This document shows positions 18,681 to 28,319 of a DNA stretch of 64,000 nt, piece by piece; within the stretch, counting starts at the first letter, position 1; each line of letters starts with the position of its first letter. Origin of the DNA: Parcubacteria group bacterium (lineage in GTDB: Bacteria > Patescibacteriota > Minisyncoccia > Moranbacterales > UBA2206). The stretch lies in the NCBI GenBank assembly GCA_041659505.1, contig JBAZYF010000004.1, positions 14,922-78,921 on the forward strand, in the 5' to 3' direction. The position numbers were made by a program, and so were the translations under genes. The notes under the pieces are model-generated. The model made no database searches. It was not told the origin of the DNA and saw only the letters and a program-made list of their open reading frames with translations.

Positions 18681-19397
18681 TTACCAGCCTTTTTCTTCCA
18701 AGGCTTTTTCAGCCGCATTGCGTTGCGCCTCTTGCTTAGAAAGTCCTTCACCCTTGGCGACCATTTCTTCCCCAACATAGGCACCGACGATAAATTTCTT
18801 GTCATGATCTGGACCAGTTTCTTCCAAGACGCGATAGGACGGCGTCACGCCAGCGCGTTCTTGCGCTTCTTCTTGGAAACGGCTTTTGGCATCAAGGTAT
18901 AGTTTCTTTTCGATGATATTGGGCAACTTGGTCACAACATGTTTCAGGATAAATTTTTTGCAAGCATCATAGCCTTTGGTTTTCTGGTCAAGATAGATCG
19001 CCCCAGTGATTGCTTCAAATGCATTTGCCAGCAGATATTGCCGGGCGCGTCCTTTGTCTTTCGCTTCGCCACGACTCATCATTAAAAATTCCTCCACGCC
19101 GATTTCCGTGGAAATGGTCGCGAGCATCTCGCCATTCACCAAGGCTGCTCGCCAGTTAGTCATTTCCCCTTCCGGATTATTGGGATAATTATTATAGAGA
19201 TATTCCGTCACAACCAGCTCCAAAACTGCATCACCCAAAAATTCCAATCGCTCATTATGCTCCAGTTTATAATCCCGATGCTCGTTCAAATAGGACCGAT
19301 GGGTAACGGCTTGTTGCAAAAGATCCAAATCGTTAAATTTTACCCCGATTTTTTTCGCTAGTTCTTCGATCACGAGAATAGAATTTTCAATTTTCAA
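18681..19397 (-). CDS. rnc: Ribonuclease III
   Basis: HNERLEFLGDAVL signature and C-terminal dsRBD. The start lies in heptamer repeats and is uncertain. Confidence 0.95.
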   Translation of the reverse strand: MKIENSILVIEELAKKIGVKFNDLDLLQQAVTHRSYLNEHRDYKLEHNERLEFLGDAVLELVVTEYLYNNYPNNPEGEMTNWRAALVNGEMLATISTEIGVEEFLMMSRGEAKDKGRARQYLLANAFEAITGAIYLDQKTKGYDACKKFILKHVVTKLPNIIEKKLYLDAKSRFQEEAQERAGVTPSYRVLEETGPDHDKKFIVGAYVGEEMVAKGEGLSKQEAQRNAAEKALEEKGW

Positions 19398-19505
19398 TTT
19401 TCAATTTTCATTGAATTTCCAATTTTTTAATTTCCAATTTCAAAATTTATTGAAAATTAGCTAACTGAAAATTGATTGCAAATTGAGAATTGTGAATTGA
19501 GAATT
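19381..19505. repeat. Heptamer tandem repeats in inverted arrangement
   Basis: (aattttc)n units followed by complementary (gaaaatt/gagaatt)n units. Confidence 0.7.
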
Positions 19506-19516
19506 AATATTAAAAA

Positions 19517-20011
19517 TTATTTCTCCTCAACTTTTTTATCACTTTCTTTCTTGATGGTCTTTTTCTTTTTTGTTTGGTCGTCTTTCATCGGCTCGCCCAG
19601 TTCGCGATAAATCGTTCCCAGCACACCATTCACAAACCGTCCGGAAGCGTCTCCACCAAAAGATTTGGCCAGCTCAATCGCTTCGTTGATCGCCACTTTC
19701 GGCGGGACTTCTTCGTAGTTGCCGAAAAGTAATTCGCAAATTCCCAAGCGCAAGATGTTGCGGTCGACCAGCGTCACTTGATCAAGCGGCCATTCGGGAG
19801 CACACTTCTCAATGAGCGGGTCGATTTTATCCTGGTTGTCCAACGTTGTATTGACTAAGGTTTCCACGAACGTACAATCGTCCATTCCAGGCGCAAATTC
19901 CTTAATGTTCTTTCGCATAATCTCACTCATCGCCTCTTTTACTCCACCCTTAAAATCCCACTCATAGAGAGATTGCATCGCTATTGACCTGGATAAGTGC
20001 CGATTTGCCAT
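19517..20011 (-). CDS. nusB: Transcription antitermination factor NusB
   Basis: Start [20 protein letters not shown]; [18 protein letters not shown] and FVNGVLG motifs. Confidence 0.95.
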   Translation of the reverse strand: MANRHLSRSIAMQSLYEWDFKGGVKEAMSEIMRKNIKEFAPGMDDCTFVETLVNTTLDNQDKIDPLIEKCAPEWPLDQVTLVDRNILRLGICELLFGNYEEVPPKVAINEAIELAKSFGGDASGRFVNGVLGTIYRELGEPMKDDQTKKKKTIKKESDKKVEEK

Positions 20012-20071
20012 TCTTGTTTTTATGAAAAAACTAATTCGCATGTGCGCTTTCGCAGTGCGCTTTTCGCATAC

Positions 20072-20278
20072 TTATTTTTTCTTCGCTTTTCTGGCGAGCT
20101 TTTTGGTCGTATCGACCACTTCTTTGCCTTTATATTGGCCACAATTGCTACAAACCATATGGGCTTCAATCTTGGTCTTGCAATTAGGACATTCTACTAG
20201 ATTTTTTGGGCTAAGTTTATAGAACACTCGAGCTCGGTCTCTGCGGGCCTTAGTATGGCGTTTTCTTGCTACTGGCAT
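20072..20278 (-). CDS. rpmF: 50S ribosomal protein L32
   Basis: MPVARKRHTKARRDR; CPNC...HMVCSNCGQYKG. Confidence 0.95.
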   Translation of the reverse strand: MPVARKRHTKARRDRARVFYKLSPKNLVECPNCKTKIEAHMVCSNCGQYKGKEVVDTTKKLARKAKKK

Positions 20279-20350
20279 AGTTTAAATATAATGGTTAATT
20301 TCACCTACGTAATATATCACCAATATTACTATTTGGCAAATACACGCACT

Positions 20351-20375
20351 GTGGAGACGCCCCGCTGGGGCGTCT
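20351..20375. repeat. REP-like hairpin
   Basis: gtgg + agacgcccc-gct-ggggcgtct, same architecture as 1782..1806. Confidence 0.5.
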
Positions 20376-20400
20376 TGGCTTGTTGCAATTAATTTTTAGA

Positions 20401-21168
20401 CTATTTTTCCGAAGGCGTAACACTTACGATTGTCACATCATCCACTGGTCGATCGGGTGTTGTCGTTGGGACGTTTTCAATCTTCAATGCAACATCAAGA
20501 CCACTGACGACTGAGCCAAAAACTGTATAATTTGCTGTAAGCGGTGCCGAAGGACTAGCAGTTACGATAAAAAATTGACTGCCATTGGTGTTTGGTCCAG
20601 AGTTGGCCATTGCCAAAGTTCCTTGCGGATAGGTTTCTGTGCCTGCGAGCTCGTCTTTAAATTTATAGCCTGGATCACCTGTTCCCCAGCGATTTTTCAT
20701 TGCAGCATCTTTTGAGAGCGGATCACCGGCTTGGATCATAAACCCTTTGATCACCCGATGAAATTTAGTATTGTCATAGAAATTCGCCTGAGCTAACTGC
20801 AAAAAATTCGTCACCGTGAGTGGTGTCGCTGTGCCATTAAATTTTACTTTAATATCCCCCAAACTCGTCTTGATCGTAGCGAAAGGATATTTCTTGATCA
20901 AATCCGAATTGACCACTGGCGCTGTCGGTGCATTTGTACTCATAGCTTTATCTTCGTTTAATGAATTATTTAACCGCGCATTTTCCGCGTCGGTCGCTTT
21001 GGCAATATCTTCCTTCGCCTTTTTACTGATATCCAACGGCTTAGTTACGGTCCCAGTCAATTGGTCCGCCGCCTTGTCCGCCGCGCTCCCGTCCCCATTG
21101 GAACAGCCAGCTAATATGACTGCCAAAAGCAACACTCCACATAAACCTAAAATTTTCTTTGTTTGCAT
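20401..21168 (-). CDS. Cyclophilin-type peptidyl-prolyl isomerase, probable lipoprotein
   Basis: FHRVIKGFMIQAGDP and MANSGPNTNGSQFFI motifs; lipobox LAGC. Start reassigned to MQTKK because the longer ORF runs into a repeat. Confidence 0.9.
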   Translation of the reverse strand: MQTKKILGLCGVLLLAVILAGCSNGDGSAADKAADQLTGTVTKPLDISKKAKEDIAKATDAENARLNNSLNEDKAMSTNAPTAPVVNSDLIKKYPFATIKTSLGDIKVKFNGTATPLTVTNFLQLAQANFYDNTKFHRVIKGFMIQAGDPLSKDAAMKNRWGTGDPGYKFKDELAGTETYPQGTLAMANSGPNTNGSQFFIVTASPSAPLTANYTVFGSVVSGLDVALKIENVPTTTPDRPVDDVTIVSVTPSEK

Positions 21169-21195
21169 GAATTTTAAAATTAATTTTTTATCCTG

Positions 21196-21332
21196 GAACT
21201 TACGTAATCGCCAAAAAGTTGTTCGCACGTTTATTTCTTTTAGCATCCCAGGCTTCCGGTAAACCAGTAAGGGAAAGCCAAATTGAGGAAACCGCGCTTT
21301 CGAGAATAATTTTTTGGTGATTACGTAAGTTC
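21196..21332. repeat. Long hairpin / MITE-like element, family A copy 2
   Basis: Terminal inverted repeat gaacttacgtaatcgcc / ggtgattacgtaagttc; interior similar to 3532..3666. Confidence 0.75.
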
Positions 21333-21379
21333 TGCACTCTTCTTATTTTAACTTTAATTTTAAAAAATGTCGAGAAGCA

Positions 21380-22252
21380 CTACTTTGTCACAACCACCTC
21401 GCATTTGTTCTTAGTACTCGCGCAATCATAAACCACATCACTCGACACATCTGTTCGCAAAATTTTAACATTCTCGTTTTTCAATCGTTCCAAAACTTCC
21501 GCCGTCGGATGGCCATAACGATTATTTTTCCCCACCGAAATCACGGCTTCACTAGGATGCACAAACTTCAAAAATTGCTCACTTGTAGCTGATTTTGATC
21601 CGTGATGAGCAACTTTCAGTACATCGGAATTGAGCGGTAATTTGGCGCCGACCAATTGACTTTCCATTTCTAGCGGAAAATCTCCCGTAAACAGAAAACT
21701 ATTTTCCCCAAACGTCAGTTTCGCCACGACACTGGCGGAATTTGTATCGTCTTTTTTCAGGCCAGAAATTATGCCATCAGTCGGGCTAAAAATTTCCAGT
21801 TGCGCATCATCATCCAATTTTATTTTCATCCCCCGCCGAGCCTTTTGTTTTTCCACTTTTTTATCCTCCGCCGTTTTTTCCAGAGCCGCAAAAATTTGTG
21901 ACTCACTCTGCGCCCCACTTTCAATCAATTGATCCACAGAATAGTTTTTGAGCACATCAACGAGGCCGGAGATGTGATCCGCGTCCGGATGCGTCGCAAT
22001 CACCACGTCAATCTTGCGATCCCAAAACGGTACATATTCTCCCAGCTTCTCCAAAAGTTTCGTCCCGCTCGGTCCGCCATCAATGAGGATTTGTTTTTCG
22101 CCCTGCGAAATCAAAATGGCGTCACCTTGCCCCACGTCCAAAAACGCTACTTGCAACTTTTGACTCTGCGCGTGAGAAGTCACGCCAAAGAATATCAGAC
22201 CAAAAGCTAAAAGCGCGCTTAGTGAAAAATAGATTAGTTTGCGGTTTGGCAT
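21380..22252 (-). CDS. ComEC-associated metallo-beta-lactamase-fold hydrolase
   Basis: FLDVGQGDA, THPDADH, LFTGD, KVAHHGS and NRYGHP motifs. Confidence 0.9.
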   Translation of the reverse strand: MPNRKLIYFSLSALLAFGLIFFGVTSHAQSQKLQVAFLDVGQGDAILISQGEKQILIDGGPSGTKLLEKLGEYVPFWDRKIDVVIATHPDADHISGLVDVLKNYSVDQLIESGAQSESQIFAALEKTAEDKKVEKQKARRGMKIKLDDDAQLEIFSPTDGIISGLKKDDTNSASVVAKLTFGENSFLFTGDFPLEMESQLVGAKLPLNSDVLKVAHHGSKSATSEQFLKFVHPSEAVISVGKNNRYGHPTAEVLERLKNENVKILRTDVSSDVVYDCASTKNKCEVVVTK

Positions 22253-22267
22253 AATTCTTTATTTGTC

Positions 22268-23851
22268 CTATGAATTCTCGTCTGAACTGCTATATAGCCG
22301 ATCCCGCACTCGCCCCCTAGTCACAATCTCTTGAGTGGGAGAAAAATATTCCTTACCGGATTCTTTTTTTATGAAATAGATTACGCCCACTAAAATTATA
22401 TACCAAACAAGCATTCCTTGCCACGAGAGCCCGACTGTGAGAGCAGAAAATTTGAGATTGGCGAAATAATTGATTACGAGAATTTCATAGCGCAGTGGCA
22501 AATATGCCAGCCAAGAAAAAAGGATCGCTAGTGGCTGAAAAATGAAACTAATGGCAATCGCCAAAAAACCGATGAGCATCGTGATGGGCAAAATCGGCAG
22601 GACTAAGATATTGGTCACGGGCGAAATGAGCGAGAGGGTTTGAAAGTTGAAAAGAATGATCGGTAAGACAAAAATTTGCGCACTGAGCGACATAAACAAA
22701 ATCTCAGCAATAAAGGGAACGCCGGCCGGATATTTTTTTAATTTTTCACCGAAATATTTATCCATCAACGGATAGAAATAGACGATACCGATCGTAGCTA
22801 GAAACGACAACTGGAATCCGACGTCATAGCGCAGAAGCAGCGGATTCCAGAAAAGCATCACTGCCGCCGAACATAAAATCGCATTGCCCGCATTCGCCAG
22901 CCGTCCATTTTTCATCGCATAGAGCAAAAGCGTTCCCATCACCCCCGCGCGGATCGCCGAGGCGGGAAAGCCAGTCATAAGGATAAAAACCCAAATACCG
23001 ATGAGCGCAAACCAAAACGCTTGCCGCCGCCACAACCCCAAAAAGAATCCCAAAAGCATCAGATATTGCGCCACGATGGTAATATTGTACCCGGAAACCG
23101 CCACAATATGCGTCATGCCAGTGCGCGAAAAATTGGCCTGGATTTCTTTGGACAAATTACCACTTCCGCCGATAATGAGGCCTTCCAAAAGGGCAGCTTC
23201 CGGCGAAGGAATAAGGGCGTAAATATTTTTGCTAAATTTATTTTTCAACATAACCACCGCACTATAAAACCGATTACCCAAATTCTGACCAGTCTTTTCC
23301 AACTGCGGTTTTTGACAAATGTAGAAAATATCTTGCCTGGCCAAATAGGCCCGGTAGTCAAAATCACTGTCCGCCATATTTTTTGGCAACGTAAGCTTAC
23401 ATTGCAAATCCAATTCTTCACCATAGACATATTTCTGATAAGCGCTCTCTTGGATGAGAATGTTGTAATTTATCTCCCCCGCCGTCGCAATATTGCTTTG
23501 GCGTGGCGAAGTTGAAGAAAAAACTAGGTCTTGCTGGTTGTCTTTTATTTTCGGCTCCGCCACGATCATTCCCCTCCTGGAAAAATCCACTTCCTCCGGC
23601 GCAGCTTCAAATGCTGCTATTTTATCAATCCTAATTTGCGTGACAAAAAAACCAGCTGCAAAAAACAAAAGCGCGAGTGTTATGAAAATCGCGTTTTTAT
23701 TTTTGTAACAGACAAAAAAGATGATAACCGCCGAAAGCAAAGCAAGCTGCGCAAAAATCGCAGGAATATAATTCGGATAAAAAAAAGAAGCGCCAAAAAC
23801 GCCCCCAATAAAACTTCCCGACACAGTCAAAAATATTTTCGCTTTGTCCAT
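22268..23851 (-). CDS. comEC: ComEC/Rec2 competence membrane channel (competence domain, split from the MBL domain)
   Basis: GMTHIVAVSGYN, SAIRAGVM and GFQLSFLAT motifs; start reassigned to MDKAK. Confidence 0.9.
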   Translation of the reverse strand: MDKAKIFLTVSGSFIGGVFGASFFYPNYIPAIFAQLALLSAVIIFFVCYKNKNAIFITLALLFFAAGFFVTQIRIDKIAAFEAAPEEVDFSRRGMIVAEPKIKDNQQDLVFSSTSPRQSNIATAGEINYNILIQESAYQKYVYGEELDLQCKLTLPKNMADSDFDYRAYLARQDIFYICQKPQLEKTGQNLGNRFYSAVVMLKNKFSKNIYALIPSPEAALLEGLIIGGSGNLSKEIQANFSRTGMTHIVAVSGYNITIVAQYLMLLGFFLGLWRRQAFWFALIGIWVFILMTGFPASAIRAGVMGTLLLYAMKNGRLANAGNAILCSAAVMLFWNPLLLRYDVGFQLSFLATIGIVYFYPLMDKYFGEKLKKYPAGVPFIAEILFMSLSAQIFVLPIILFNFQTLSLISPVTNILVLPILPITMLIGFLAIAISFIFQPLAILFSWLAYLPLRYEILVINYFANLKFSALTVGLSWQGMLVWYIILVGVIYFIKKESGKEYFSPTQEIVTRGRVRDRLYSSSDENS

Positions 23852-23939
23852 GAAAATATTATAACAGAAATTATCCAAGCCACTAAAAAGAGCCAGCATA
23901 ATAAATCTATGCTGGCTCCTATTCCTTGTTGAGGAGGAC

Positions 23940-24521
23940 TTAATTTCTCAACATTAACAAGGCAAAATCGCGGAAAACAAAGTAGTCAGAGAGATAGCGC
24001 CAACCCAACTTCACACGGACACTATCTGTATAAAGATACGGAACAAGGTAACCCCTGTTGTCTACAACGACCGACCCCCAGCCAAATACAAATTTTTTGG
24101 CAAAATATTTTCGGAAGAAAACAATGCCTCTGTCCTGAATAGCTTTAAGGTCAACAAGATTGCAGCAAGATTCGAGCATCTTATTTTTTTCCAAATACTT
24201 ATAAATATCATAGCCCCTTGCCGCATCATCCCTCTCCTCATCATAAGCAACAGCTTTGAGCTTGCCCTCCTGTATAGGATGTAGCCAAAGGCTAAGTTTA
24301 GTTACCAGAAAACTTGTCGGTCCTTGCAACTCAAGCTCAGGATTTGCAAGTTTTTTTACAAAATCAGGATATTTTGGCGATACGCTGCGGTTAATGCAGA
24401 TAATTGGATGCTCCATATCCATGATTGCATTACATTTCTTTTCATTAATCATCATAATAACCTCCTTTGTTTCAAATATAGAACGTACAATCAATTGATT
24501 TTCGCTACTCGCTATGGCCAC
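23940..24521 (-). CDS. Hypothetical protein
   Basis: 193-aa ORF co-oriented with neighbours; no motif recognised; start uncertain. Confidence 0.55.
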   Translation of the reverse strand: MAIASSENQLIVRSIFETKEVIMMINEKKCNAIMDMEHPIICINRSVSPKYPDFVKKLANPELELQGPTSFLVTKLSLWLHPIQEGKLKAVAYDEERDDAARGYDIYKYLEKNKMLESCCNLVDLKAIQDRGIVFFRKYFAKKFVFGWGSVVVDNRGYLVPYLYTDSVRVKLGWRYLSDYFVFRDFALLMLRN

Positions 24522-24676
24522 AAAACGACTAAAATAATAATTTCATAGCTATAACGGAGCAATATTCGGTTTTTAATGTTCAACTATTAATACTAGCACA
24601 TTTTTAGGTTTTTGTCAAACCAAAAAACCAAAAAGACCGTAATGAAGCCCTCCATGTATTAAAATAAACCTAAAAA

Positions 24677-24904
24677 CTACTTAACCCCCAGGACATCCAC
24701 CATCTTCCTCTGCGTACTCTTTCCCCCAACAATCGTGATGAAACTTTTAGCCACGCCAAAATGTTCCGCCAAGATTTTAATCAGCGCATCATTCGCTTTA
24801 CCATCCACCGGCGGAGCAGTAAGGCGCACGCGATATTCTCCCTCACTGATTTTCTCCACACTGTTTTGCGAAGAGCGTGGACTGACCTTAAGATATATTC
24901 TCAT
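24677..24904 (-). CDS. DUF167 / YggU family protein
   Basis: VSPRSS...RLTAPPVDGKANDALIKILAEHF; start MRIYLKV. Confidence 0.85.
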   Translation of the reverse strand: MRIYLKVSPRSSQNSVEKISEGEYRVRLTAPPVDGKANDALIKILAEHFGVAKSFITIVGGKSTQRKMVDVLGVK

Positions 24905-25742
24905 TGGTTTTTGGGAAGAAAACATTCTTTAACTTCAAAAGCAGACTTACTACCATAAGAATGACGAGTAAAATATTCATTCCCAGAAAAATATCCCGCA
25001 CAATCCCAGTCTTCAAATCAGTTCCCAGGTTGATAGCATGAAAAAAAGCAAAAGCATAAAGCACGATGTTCAAAAAATGCGTGACGCGCCAAACGCGATA
25101 GGACAGATATTTGCGAAAGAATGATGTAAGAATAAGCGCAAGCATTAGATACATCCCAAGCACACCCAGCGTGACTGCTTCCGGATGATAGCTTGATGCG
25201 AACGGCACAAAAATATCCTTGAAGCTAAATTTAAGATATTCATCGCCCAGTAGCACCAAACCGTGGATGAGGGTAAAAAGCAAGGCTTGGACAGAAATCC
25301 AGGCATGAAAATTCAAAGAATTAATTGGTTGAAAAAAATTTTTCAAACCCGGAAAACGAATCGCGATGCCGAAAAAAATTGCTAAATATAAAAGCAAAAA
25401 AGAAACAAGACCGCCGGCTCTGGTGAGATACCACGCCCATTTTTCCGCTGCCGTTTGCGTCGATTCCCGAACGGTTATATTTTGCACCGCGCTCGGGCTA
25501 GTATTATCCAGGGGATTAGTGCCATTCAAAACTTCCGTACCATCCAAAATTCCATCACCATCCGAATCGGCAAGATTAGGATCAGTTTTATAAATCTGCT
25601 TTTCGCCTTCATCGGTCAGGCCGTCCAAATCATTGTCAAGAACTGGATCATTTCCATAATCCACCTTTGACTCTTGCGCCAAGGCCACGCCGAAATGCGT
25701 TCCTAAAATAATTATTGCGATGATGAGGAGTAGTTTTTTCAT
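24888..25742 (-). CDS. Ferric-reductase-like (MsrQ-like) transmembrane protein with N-terminal DxDGDG Ca-binding repeat
   Basis: DNDLDGLTD..E and DSDGDGILDGTE..GTNPLD repeats; WYLTRAGG; heme-ligand-like His pairs (FH..IH, TH..FH). Confidence 0.75.
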   Translation of the reverse strand: MKKLLLIIAIIILGTHFGVALAQESKVDYGNDPVLDNDLDGLTDEGEKQIYKTDPNLADSDGDGILDGTEVLNGTNPLDNTSPSAVQNITVRESTQTAAEKWAWYLTRAGGLVSFLLLYLAIFFGIAIRFPGLKNFFQPINSLNFHAWISVQALLFTLIHGLVLLGDEYLKFSFKDIFVPFASSYHPEAVTLGVLGMYLMLALILTSFFRKYLSYRVWRVTHFLNIVLYAFAFFHAINLGTDLKTGIVRDIFLGMNILLVILMVVSLLLKLKNVFFPKTNENIS

Positions 25743-25758
25743 AAACTATTCTTGCCAG

Positions 25759-26697
25759 TTATACCAAATAAAAATTCCTTTTCATCTCTCCCGAAACCCA
25801 AGCATTACCACGATAATCTAGAAAAATAGCTCTCAAACTATGCTCGAGTGCAAATTTTTTTCCATTCTCTCTGCCTTTAATAAATAATACTTTCGCCCAA
25901 AAATCCGCCTCCACTACTGTCCTAGCCATGACTGTCACTGATTGCAGATCAAAAGAAAAACTTTCCGGAGCTTGCGGATCCACCAAATGATGGAATCTTT
26001 TTTCGCCTCTTTGCCATTTGCGTTTTCCGATCCCTGATGTGGCCACGGCCTCATTTTTCAAAATCAATAATATTTTTTCTTCCGCAATTCCCTCAATATC
26101 AATTTTCCAATCCTCTCCTTTCTTATCCTTGCCCCAGGCTAGCATATCGCCGCCCGAATCAATAAGAAAATTTTTCCACCCGAATTGTTTCAGCATCTCG
26201 CCAGCATTGTCTGTGATATATCCCTTAGCAATTCCCGCAAAATCCATCCGCGCATTGAAAGAAATTTCTTCATCCCAAATGACCAAATCATCCTCCAGTC
26301 TGTGCGCATTAATTTTGGGAATGGCCTTTTCTTCTCTGATTGAAAGCAAATTCTCCACTTGCCCAAAATCCTTCGCATATCCAATTTGTTCTAAAATCGT
26401 AATCACTCGCGGATCAAACAGACCTTCGCTCAAATCATGATAATGTAATATTTTTTTTGCCACAGCGAGAAAATGTGACGAGGCTTTTGAAAATTTTCCC
26501 AAACTGTTATTCAGCTGATTCAGCTCGCTATTTTCCTCAAAACGGCTAAAAATATGCTCAGCCGAAAGATAGAAATCTCGCAGAGCCACCAAATCTTTTT
26601 CTGCCGCTTCCTTTAAGCTCTCATTGCAAACCAGCTGAAAATAGATATCCGTCCCGAGCGCTTTGAATCTTTTTTCCACCACCAGCTGTTTTTCCAT
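25759..26697 (-). CDS. apbE: FAD:protein FMN transferase (ApbE family)
   Basis: ALGT, SRF...SEL, DFAGIAKGY, DSGGD, VATSG and HHLVDP motifs; start MEKQL. Confidence 0.9.
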   Translation of the reverse strand: MEKQLVVEKRFKALGTDIYFQLVCNESLKEAAEKDLVALRDFYLSAEHIFSRFEENSELNQLNNSLGKFSKASSHFLAVAKKILHYHDLSEGLFDPRVITILEQIGYAKDFGQVENLLSIREEKAIPKINAHRLEDDLVIWDEEISFNARMDFAGIAKGYITDNAGEMLKQFGWKNFLIDSGGDMLAWGKDKKGEDWKIDIEGIAEEKILLILKNEAVATSGIGKRKWQRGEKRFHHLVDPQAPESFSFDLQSVTVMARTVVEADFWAKVLFIKGRENGKKFALEHSLRAIFLDYRGNAWVSGEMKRNFYLV

Positions 26698-26701
26698 TTG
26701 G

Positions 26702-27013
26702 TTATTTTTCAAATTGATCCACAATGCCATTGCCATCGTTATCAGTTACGATATACATTTCCGGAATATTCGGATGCGGGTCATTGGGATCCAGGAGACC
26801 ATCACCATCACTGTCTTTTTGGACAATTGTTTTTGTACTCACATTAGTCGTTACCTCAGTTTTTGTCGAGCCACTGGTTGAAGTTGAGGTGCTTGTTGTT
26901 GGACGATCTTCTTCCTCCTCGTCATCATCTGCCAAGGTCAAATTGACCGTAGCCAAAAAAATAACCAGAAAAAGAAAAATCGCTAGAAATATTTTTGCTT
27001 TTTTTTCGTTCAT
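26702..27013 (-). CDS. Small secreted/membrane-anchored protein with Ser/Thr linker and DxDGDG motifs
   Basis: N-terminal hydrophobic helix; DSDGDGLLDPNDPHP and DNDGNGIVD. Confidence 0.7.
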   Translation of the reverse strand: MNEKKAKIFLAIFLFLVIFLATVNLTLADDDEEEEDRPTTSTSTSTSGSTKTEVTTNVSTKTIVQKDSDGDGLLDPNDPHPNIPEMYIVTDNDGNGIVDQFEK

Positions 27014-27017
27014 AATT

Positions 27018-27329
27018 TTACGATTTTTTTGTTGTACTACTACTTTTGCTTGGGCTTGGTTTAGTCACTGCGGTGTTGGTTGTTGTCGTTACCTGTTGAG
27101 TTTGCAACGCTTGCGGAGTGCTGTTCAGTTGACGCAACTTATTCTCTCGGTCAGCCGAAATGGCATTTTGCGTATCCAGAATTTTTGCGTCAAGCGGATC
27201 AAGCGTTGCATCTGTGCTCGTCTCCAGTGCCAAATTTTTCTGATCCTGATTTTTAATCACAAAAACTGCGATAATCATCAGTAGGATATTGATCGTAAAG
27301 ACTAAAATTTTAGTAAGATGTTTTTGCAT
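27018..27329 (-). CDS. Small membrane-anchored protein with Ser/Thr-rich tail
   Basis: N-terminal transmembrane helix, C-terminus SSSTTKKS; first gene of the apbE operon. Confidence 0.65.
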   Translation of the reverse strand: MQKHLTKILVFTINILLMIIAVFVIKNQDQKNLALETSTDATLDPLDAKILDTQNAISADRENKLRQLNSTPQALQTQQVTTTTNTAVTKPSPSKSSSTTKKS

Positions 27330-27341
27330 AAATATTTATCT

Positions 27342-27508
27342 GTCATTCCCGCGAAGGCGGGAATCCAGGTTCCACTAGTTATAAACTCTATAAAATCGAG
27401 ATACAAGTCTTGGTGCCTTCCCGTTTCAGATAGTCTTGAATTTTAATAATTCGTTTTTTCTTAATTTTGAATCTGAGGTGCCTAGATTCCCGCCTTCGCG
27501 GGAATGAC
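27342..27508. repeat. REP-doublet (REPIN-like) element, copy 1
   Basis: gtcattcccgcgaaggcgggaatcca ... agattcccgccttcgcgggaatgac; spacer homologous to 54158..54323. Confidence 0.85.
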
Positions 27509-27580
27509 ATGAGCCTGAAACCTCCGCAAAATTATAGCAGAAATCGATATTGCTGGCAATGGTCTGTCCGCAATCCTTTG

Positions 27581-28285
27581 CTAGCGTCTAATTCCCATCT
27601 TCTCAAAATTATCCCCAATTTGCGCTTGGATCTTTTCCAGATTGATTTTCTGGCCTTTCGTCTTTTGCTTCAGATTTTTATCCAAAATCACGTCCTCGCG
27701 ATATTCTTGTAAATAGTAGGCCATAGCGCCTTTTAGCCACTCAGCAATCACCAAAAAATCTTTTTCCCTATGGATACCCGGCACGACCGTCGTACGAAAT
27801 TCATAGGGCAGACGACTATTTTTGATCAACTCAACGCTTAATTTTATCCGCTCCGTGTCCACTTTCACACCGACCGTTTCGCCATATCGTCCAAGCTGAT
27901 TTTTAATATCCATCGCCACAAAATCCAACAGTTTTTCATCTAGCAGTTTTTTCAAAATATCCGGTCGTGCGCCGTTTGTGTCCAGTTTTATGCGAAAACC
28001 CAATGCGCGCACTTTTTGGACAAACTCGATCAAATCCGGTTGCAAAGTTGGCTCACCGCCCGTAATGCAAACTCCTTCCAGTTTGCCGATTCTTTTTTTC
28101 AAAAATGCGAAAAACTCCCGTTCCGTTTTATTCTCCATTCCTGATGTCTTGATACCCGCGCCCAAAACCAATTCCGGATTATGACAAAACGGACACCGAA
28201 AATTACAGCCAACAGTAAAAACGGTGGTTGCCAAGGTTCCGGGAAAATCAATCAAAGTTAATTTTTGATAGCCGCCGATGTTCAT
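27581..28285 (-). CDS. nrdG: Anaerobic ribonucleotide reductase activating radical SAM enzyme
   Basis: GCNFRCPFCHN, ITGGEP and KLDTNG motifs; downstream of nrdD. Confidence 0.9.
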   Translation of the reverse strand: MNIGGYQKLTLIDFPGTLATTVFTVGCNFRCPFCHNPELVLGAGIKTSGMENKTEREFFAFLKKRIGKLEGVCITGGEPTLQPDLIEFVQKVRALGFRIKLDTNGARPDILKKLLDEKLLDFVAMDIKNQLGRYGETVGVKVDTERIKLSVELIKNSRLPYEFRTTVVPGIHREKDFLVIAEWLKGAMAYYLQEYREDVILDKNLKQKTKGQKINLEKIQAQIGDNFEKMGIRR

Positions 28286-28319
28286 ACTAATAATTTATGT
28301 TAGAAAATTTTGTTTATAT

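Noticed and set aside
23940-24521. C-terminus reminiscent of a DGR target (C-type lectin-like) domain
   Set aside because: Only a vague resemblance, with no template repeat or reverse transcriptase in the window.
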